Origin: Acidobacteriota bacterium
Lineage (GTDB): Bacteria; Acidobacteriota; Thermoanaerobaculia; Multivoradales; UBA5704
Assembly: GCA_040005235.1 (NCBI GenBank)
Contig: JBDTZG010000076.1
Location: 1 to 22,602, forward strand
Length of the DNA: 22,602 nt
Reading direction: 5' to 3'
The notes under the pieces were generated by a model. It searched no databases. It worked only from the letters and a program-made list of their open reading frames with translations, and was not told the origin of the DNA. A program made the position numbers and the translations under genes. Each line of letters begins with the position of its first letter. Within the stretch, counting starts at the first letter, position 1. Below are positions 17,705 through 22,602 of this stretch, piece by piece.

Positions 17705-18280
17705 ATGGCGGCAAAGAGATCGAAAACCACCGAAGAACAAGCCTCGCAGCACGAAAACGCGCTCTCCTCGGAATTCATGGCGTTGCTCGATCATCTGGAC
17801 GACGAGGCTCCCGGGTTGAACGAAGCGACCTGGGGCGGAGAATGGGAGCCCCGCTTCCTAGGGGCCGGCCAGTGGGGCGTGTTTCGCACCTGGGAGGAGG
17901 CCGGCCGCCACGAGCCGGCGGTGACCTTCCCGAGCTTCGAGCGCGCCCTGCTCGCGGCGGCGGTTCTGCCGGGCATCGGCCGCGGCGACTTTTTTCACCT
18001 GGAACCGGAGGAGCTCGCGAGCGGCGGATTTCCGTTGATGGCGATGGAAGGAGGAGCCCGGGAGGTGGGGATTTTCTCGACTTTTCATCCCGAGCTGTTG
18101 TTCGCGCTGATCACGGTCGAGATGCTGGCCCGCTCGCCCCGCTCCCTGGCGATGGTCCTTCAAGCCTCCGGGTCCGACGCGATCAAGCTCTCCGGCGCGG
18201 CGCTGCGCGGAAGGATTGCCGTGCAGGCCGCGGAGCAGGATCGAACTTTTGGGGGCGCGGACGCGCTAGAGCCGGAGTAG
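17705..18280 (+). CDS. Hypothetical protein (191 aa)
   Basis: SD-like GGGAGGG before ATG at 17705; globular, protein-like composition (WGVFRTWE...FERALLAAAVLPGIGR...LARSPRSLAMVLQASG). No domain recognised. Confidence 0.75.
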   Translation: MAAKRSKTTEEQASQHENALSSEFMALLDHLDDEAPGLNEATWGGEWEPRFLGAGQWGVFRTWEEAGRHEPAVTFPSFERALLAAAVLPGIGRGDFFHLEPEELASGGFPLMAMEGGAREVGIFSTFHPELLFALITVEMLARSPRSLAMVLQASGSDAIKLSGAALRGRIAVQAAEQDRTFGGADALEPE

Positions 18281-18323
18281 CATTGCGCTCGCTGCGGTTC
18301 ATCCGGGGAGGAGAAGCTCCACC

Positions 18324-18815
18324 ATGCGCGACGAAGAACAGAGGATTATCGACCTGCTGACCATCGCCTTGAGGACCTCGGGCAAGACCAAGAAGGAGGT
18401 CGACGAAATCCACGGCTGGTGCCGCGGTACGACCAGCCAGCTGCTCAAAGGGCGGATCGAGCTCAAGGTCCGCCACCTGTTCGAAATCCTGGAGGTCGCC
18501 GAGACCTCGCCGGAGGATTTCCTCCGCGCCCTGTTCGACCGTAAGACGACGCCGGATCTGCCGACGATCGGGCTTCAGGAAATGATCCGCCTCGCCGCCC
18601 GGCGCCACGGCCTCAACCCCGAGACCGCGGCGGCGGACATGGACCGCGTGCACGGCCTCGACCAGCCGCCCCCTTCGGTCGACCAGCTCGTCTCGATGGT
18701 CGAAACCCGCCTCTCCGCGCTGCTCGCGAAACACGAGCAGGACGTCGAAAAGAAGAACCGCGTCCGAGAAGCGGTGCGGAAGCGGGCCAAGCCGAGGGCG
18801 GCGGATCGGGCGTAG
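18324..18815 (+). CDS. Divergent XRE-like HTH protein with C-terminal helical extension
   Basis: SD GGAGG; LLTIALRTSGKTKKEVDEIHGWCRGTTSQLLKGRIELKVRHLFEILEVAETSPEDF follows the XRE helix pattern (G.S...V....G...S.L..G..L....L..IL......P..F). Confidence 0.78.
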   Translation: MRDEEQRIIDLLTIALRTSGKTKKEVDEIHGWCRGTTSQLLKGRIELKVRHLFEILEVAETSPEDFLRALFDRKTTPDLPTIGLQEMIRLAARRHGLNPETAAADMDRVHGLDQPPPSVDQLVSMVETRLSALLAKHEQDVEKKNRVREAVRKRAKPRAADRA

Positions 18816-18820
18816 CGGGT

Positions 18821-20191
18821 CTACGCGGCCGGCCGCGGAGTCCGCAGCCCTTCCGCTTCGCGCAACGCCGCCTTTGCCAACTCAACGGTCGCCTGTTCCT
18901 GGCGCACCGCCTCGTCCAGCAAGACGAGAGAAGCGAGCGCCTCGCGCTCGATGCCGAGGGCGATGAAGGTCGCGAGCGTCTCTTCGACGATCGCCTTGGC
19001 TTCCGGAGTGCGCCCTTCGTGGAGCCAGATGGCACAAAGCTCCAGGCCGGCGAGGGAGGCATGCATCGGCAACTTCAAACGGGTGAATTCCCGCCGCACG
19101 GTGCGAAACGCCGCCTCGGCCTGATGCAACCGGCCCAGGCCCGCGGCGATCTTGCCGGCGACGGCGCGCAGCTTGAGCTTCTCTACCGGCCCGGAGAGAG
19201 CCTCTAAGACAGGCCGTGCCGCGAGGTGCAATCGGTCGGCGCGCACGAAGTCGCCGAGATCCGCGAGAAAAAGTATGGCGTTCGAAAGAGCCGCTACCGC
19301 CATGTCGGGCGCTCTCTCCGGGTCAATCAGGTCGTAGGCTCGACAAAAATGAGAGATTGCCGGCTCAAGTTTCCCGGCATATCCGGCAGCAATTCCACGC
19401 TGGTAGAGCGCTTTGCCGGCTAGATGGTGCTGGCGCCGATCAAGATAGAGCCGGTGAGCGAGGCCGAGCGCTTCGTCAGCCATTTCGAACTGCCGTTCGG
19501 CGATCCAAAGGGAAGCCGAAAGGTCGAACAGGCCGGCGAGCAGAAGGACGTCGCCCTGGCCGCGGTCGGCGAGGTCCATCGCCCGGCGAAACGACTCCTC
19601 CGCCGCGCGGTGCCGGCCGAGCAGCCGTTCAGCGTTCGCTAGCTCGCCCCAGAGGCGGGCTGCGAGATCCGCGTCGCGCCATGCCTCTTTGGAGCGCGTC
19701 GCGGTATCCGATCCGGAGGGGAGGAGGCGGCTGACCTCGGCGACCAGCAGCCTGGCCGCGGCCTCATAGGCGTCTGGCAGGCCTTGGCGCAGGGCGGGGA
19801 CGGCAGTCAGCCAGACGCGGCAGCGGTGGCGGAGGCGCTCTTCCATCTCCGGCCCCTCGGGGATCGCACCGGGCAGCTGTTGCGAGAGGAGGAACCGCCA
19901 GACCTCTTCGGCGCTCTTTCGGTGCCGTTGATCGAGCCGGCGGGCGAAGCGCGCCATTCGACGAAGAGCCTGGTCGTAATCCTGCAATGAATCGGCGGCG
20001 GACTTGGAGGTCCGAGGCAGTCGCACCTTTTCGGGGTGGAGCGCCACGTCCACCCAGGGCTTCAAGAGCCCCTGGCAGGCCGGGCAACCGCGCGCGAGGT
20101 GCAGCAAAACGCGGCTTCGAGCCCCGGAGTCGAGCCGGTTGTGCAGCAGATCGACTAGCTCGGACGGCGCGGGATGCGGTGTCTTAGCCAT
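18821..20191 (-). CDS. Cytoplasmic TPR-repeat protein with N-terminal zf-HC2/ZAS-like zinc finger
   Basis: SD GGAGG before ATG at 20191; PHP...LLHLARGCPACQ (H-x4-C-x2-C); TPR-like helices WGELANAERLLGRHRAAEESFRRA, GKALYQRGIAAGYAGKLEPAISHFCRA, AGKIAAGLGRLHQAEAAFRTV; no signal peptide. Confidence 0.85.
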   Translation of the reverse strand: MAKTPHPAPSELVDLLHNRLDSGARSRVLLHLARGCPACQGLLKPWVDVALHPEKVRLPRTSKSAADSLQDYDQALRRMARFARRLDQRHRKSAEEVWRFLLSQQLPGAIPEGPEMEERLRHRCRVWLTAVPALRQGLPDAYEAAARLLVAEVSRLLPSGSDTATRSKEAWRDADLAARLWGELANAERLLGRHRAAEESFRRAMDLADRGQGDVLLLAGLFDLSASLWIAERQFEMADEALGLAHRLYLDRRQHHLAGKALYQRGIAAGYAGKLEPAISHFCRAYDLIDPERAPDMAVAALSNAILFLADLGDFVRADRLHLAARPVLEALSGPVEKLKLRAVAGKIAAGLGRLHQAEAAFRTVRREFTRLKLPMHASLAGLELCAIWLHEGRTPEAKAIVEETLATFIALGIEREALASLVLLDEAVRQEQATVELAKAALREAEGLRTPRPAA

Positions 20192-20307
20192 CGGGTCCTC
20201 CCCAGCAAGCAACTGGACCACTCTCAACAGTGAACGGCTGGCATTGTCGCACAAGAGTAGGGGTGCGTCGCCCGACCGGGCCGCGCGCCGCACCCGAATT
20301 TTAGGTC

Positions 20308-20583
20308 TTAGACGTGGGGCGGGGTCTGCGTCCCTTGGTTTAGAGGGGGAGGGGCAACGAGTCCATTCGTATCGATTGCCCAGCCTTCGTTCGCGAACAG
20401 CCCCGATGGAGCCTCGGTCGCCCAACCCTCAGGCACGAAAAGCCTGAACAGCGGTTCGAACACGCGAGCCCATCCGGATTCGCTGCCTAAGAAAGCGGGT
20501 AGCGCCGAAGCCGGAGCAGCGAGGAGCAAGGAGGCGAAAAGGGCGAAGGCGGGGAGGAGGAAGATACGGCGCGATCTCGACAT
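20308..20583 (-). CDS. Small secreted peptide precursor (91 aa) with repeated GWA motifs
   Basis: SD GAAGGAG; classic Sec signal MSRSRRIFLLPAFALFASLLLAAPASA; mature part contains ESGWA, LFVPEGWA and LFANEGWAIDTNG. Confidence 0.78.
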   Translation of the reverse strand: MSRSRRIFLLPAFALFASLLLAAPASALPAFLGSESGWARVFEPLFRLFVPEGWATEAPSGLFANEGWAIDTNGLVAPPPLNQGTQTPPHV

Positions 20584-20667
20584 AGAGAGTCTCCTTCGCG
20601 GGTCGTCTCGTGGGCCACTAACGGCCCCCGCGCCCGCGGGGGCAACGCATGAAAGAACGCGTTGCAG

Positions 20668-20710
20668 GGGTGCCTAGCATGCGCGAAATGCCCACCAAAG
20701 TAGACATTCG
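20668..20710. promoter_or_regulatory. Shared two-part promoter/operator motif, copy 2 (upstream of the peptide gene)
   Basis: Box A GGGTGCCTAGCATGCGCG (20668-20685; 16/18 identical to copy 1). Box B CACCAAAGTAGACATTCG (20693-20710; its reverse complement is 17/18 identical to 17293-17310). Confidence 0.65.
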
Positions 20711-20868
20711 GCGAGGGCACGATGGCAAAACTGCCCGGATGAAGAGTGCTCCCGCCTACGGATTGCGAAAGGTCGCCTCCTCTCGATCGCGTCGAAGATC
20801 GCCCGGGTCGCCGCCGGACCTCGTTCGTTCTCGGGCGGCTCGCCCGGCGCAAGAAGTCCCTGACAACG

Positions 20869-20901
20869 AAAAAGGCCCCCTCCCTTCGCAGGGAGGAGGC
20901 C
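20869..20901 (-). terminator. Rho-independent terminator of the right-hand peptidase gene
   Basis: Minus strand GGCCTCCTCCCT-GCGA-AGGGAGGGGGCC-TTTTT: 12-bp stem and GNRA loop, about 35 nt after the stop at 20936. Confidence 0.85.
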
Positions 20902-20935
20902 CGGAGCTTCTACCTACAGGTACGACTGAACCGCT

Positions 20936-22600
20936 TTACGGAGTGCAGGCCGTGACCGCGACGTTGTCCAGGAACCAGCCGTCTCCGGTCACCGAGCAGT
21001 CGGTGATCGAAATGAACGCGATCCGGACGCTACGGCCGGCGCAGCCGGTCGAGGTGCCCGTGGCCGCGTTGCAGGCCGCGTCGAGGTCGACGGTCGAGGT
21101 GGTGAACGACGCCGAGTTGCCGGTCCAGACGCTCGCACCCGCGGAGCCGGCCGGAGCGCAGCTGGCTGCGATCGTGCCGTTGTAGCCGTTGGTGAGAACC
21201 GCCGCGGCCGGAACAAAGGTGTAGTTCGTGCCGTCCACGGAGACCGCTAGCGTGCCGCCGTCGAAGCCCGACTCGAAGCCGCGGCGATGGCCGAACGAGA
21301 GGCGGGTAACGGTCGAACCGGCCGGAACCGAGATGCCGCCGGCACCGTTCGGCTGGGCGTAGTTGAAGTTGTTGCTGGTGTAGTCGGAGGTGCAGGTCGT
21401 GCCGCCGTAGCGGAAGATCTTCGTGCCGGTCTGCGCCGTGCAGGTCTGGATCCCGCGCCAGCTGGTGGTCGAGCCGCCCGCGACGAAGGTGCCCGTCGAG
21501 AAGCCCGCGAGGCCGGTGCCGGTCTCGAAGCCATTGGTGAAGAGGGTGGCCGTGGTGCACCCGGTGCAGACGGCCGTGGTGGCCGTCGCCTGGGCGGAGC
21601 TCGCCGAGGCGCAGCTCGGAGCGTTGGTCGCCTGGACGACGTAGAAGTACGCGGTGTTGCAGGTGAGGCCGCTGTCGGCAAACGACGTGGTCACCGAGGT
21701 GCCGACCTGGGTGTACGGACCGCCGCTGGTGGTCGAGCGCAGGATGTTGTAGCCCGTGGCGCCCGCGACGGCGGTCCACGACACCGTGGAGGTCGTCTGG
21801 CCGGTGGCCGTCACGGAGACACCCGTCGGAGCCGACGGCGGCGTGCAGGGGGCCGACACCGGGGTGACCGAGAGGCAGGTGGACGGAACGGCCGCGCAGG
21901 CTTCGTTGCCGGTCGGTTGCGCCGTCACCTGGTAGTAGTAGGTGAAGTTGTTGGCCACCACGTTGTCGGCGTACGAAGTGGTCGAAACGTCGTTGGCGAT
22001 CTTGGTGAAGCCGGCGTTGCAGCCGGTCTCGTTGCGGAATACGTCGTAGACGACGCCCGCGCCGGAGCTGGTCCAGGAGACCGCCGCCGAGTTACTGCCG
22101 GCGGTGAGCGTCAGCGTCGGGATGGAGGGTGAGGTGCAGCCGCGGAACGTGGTGCTCGCGCCCGTGTCCGTGGTGCAGGCGATGCCGTGGCGGTTGAACG
22201 CCGCGAAGAGCGCGCCGCCGTGCGGGGTGCCGTTGGCCAGGTTGCCGTCATCGTCGTCCACGGCGCGCATGGTCTTCCACCAGGAGCCGGCGTTGCAGCC
22301 GTTCGAAGTGAAGGTGCCGGTGTGGGTGCAGGAGAACGAGCTGGTGGCCGTCGAGCGCGACAGGTACCAGAGGCGGTCGAGGGTCGTCCAGGCCGGTCCG
22401 AGGCCGGGGCCGGGCAGGTCGCGGTTCGCGAAGTCCCAGATCGCCTCGGACGGGACGTACGACTCGCAGTGAACTTCCTTGGCGCACGGGCCGGAACCGG
22501 CGCCGCAACGGACCTGGGTGAAGTTCGAGACCGTCGCCGGGGTGTTGGAGGTGTGCTTGGCGAAGTCGACGTCGCGGACGCCGGTGCAGGAGGTGCAGGC
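20936..22600 (-). CDS. C-terminal part of a probably secreted M36/M4-like metallopeptidase with two FN3 domains and a C-terminal jelly-roll-like domain; 5' end truncated
   Basis: The frame stays open to the window edge beyond the tracked start at 22270: KEVHCESYVPSEAIWD...AVDDDDGNLANGTPH...AFNRHGIAC (fungalysin/thermolysin-like C-terminus). FN3 motifs (VSWT...YDVFR...YYYQVTA; SWTAVAGATGYNILRSTTSGGPYT); FESGFDGG...GWFLDNVAV. The HEXXH motif is outside the window. Confidence 0.75.
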   Translation of the reverse strand, partial: ACTSCTGVRDVDFAKHTSNTPATVSNFTQVRCGAGSGPCAKEVHCESYVPSEAIWDFANRDLPGPGLGPAWTTLDRLWYLSRSTATSSFSCTHTGTFTSNGCNAGSWWKTMRAVDDDDGNLANGTPHGGALFAAFNRHGIACTTDTGASTTFRGCTSPSIPTLTLTAGSNSAAVSWTSSGAGVVYDVFRNETGCNAGFTKIANDVSTTSYADNVVANNFTYYYQVTAQPTGNEACAAVPSTCLSVTPVSAPCTPPSAPTGVSVTATGQTTSTVSWTAVAGATGYNILRSTTSGGPYTQVGTSVTTSFADSGLTCNTAYFYVVQATNAPSCASASSAQATATTAVCTGCTTATLFTNGFETGTGLAGFSTGTFVAGGSTTSWRGIQTCTAQTGTKIFRYGGTTCTSDYTSNNFNYAQPNGAGGISVPAGSTVTRLSFGHRRGFESGFDGGTLAVSVDGTNYTFVPAAAVLTNGYNGTIAASCAPAGSAGASVWTGNSASFTTSTVDLDAACNAATGTSTGCAGRSVRIAFISITDCSVTGDGWFLDNVAVTACTP

Positions 22601-22602
22601 GT

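Noticed and set aside
20192-20425. Upstream extension of the TPR ORF in the track
   Set aside because: Overlaps the peptide gene; a strong SD and the zinc-finger domain start support ATG 20191.
17293-20710. Inverted box B pair as transposon ends or invertible-segment sites
   Set aside because: No transposase or recombinase inside or nearby and no target duplication seen. The box is itself palindromic and keeps fixed spacing to a direct-repeat box A, which fits an operator better; not fully excluded.
1-22602. CRISPR array, tRNA/rRNA, integrase or transposase
   Set aside because: No regularly spaced repeats, RNA-gene signatures or recombinase motifs were seen by eye.

Overview
High-GC bacterial window. 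The IPTL-CTERM sorting tail and the XRE/zinc-finger-TPR/small-peptide families suggest Acidobacteriota (Thermoanaerobaculia-like); this is inference. Left flank (minus strand): a secreted BNR/Asp-box + FN3 protein running off the left edge, then a two-gene unit of a small exported protein and a PA-domain HEXXH metallopeptidase with DUF11 repeats and an IPTL-CTERM tail. Middle: a stand-alone Type IIG-like restriction-modification fusion (+), a Cu/Ag-type CusCBA-like efflux operon headed by a Cys-rich upstream ORF (-), and a second BNR protein (-). Positions 17.2-20.7 kb hold the most interesting element: XRE-HTH, a hypothetical protein and a second HTH gene (+) converge on a zinc-finger/TPR gene and a small secreted peptide with repeated (LFxx)EGWA motifs (-). 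A shared two-part DNA motif sits in the promoters at both ends of this module, which is consistent with an uncharacterised peptide-signalling regulon. Right flank: C-terminal part of an M36/M4-like metallopeptidase with FN3 domains (-, truncated). No rRNA, tRNA, CRISPR, integrase or transposase was recognised.
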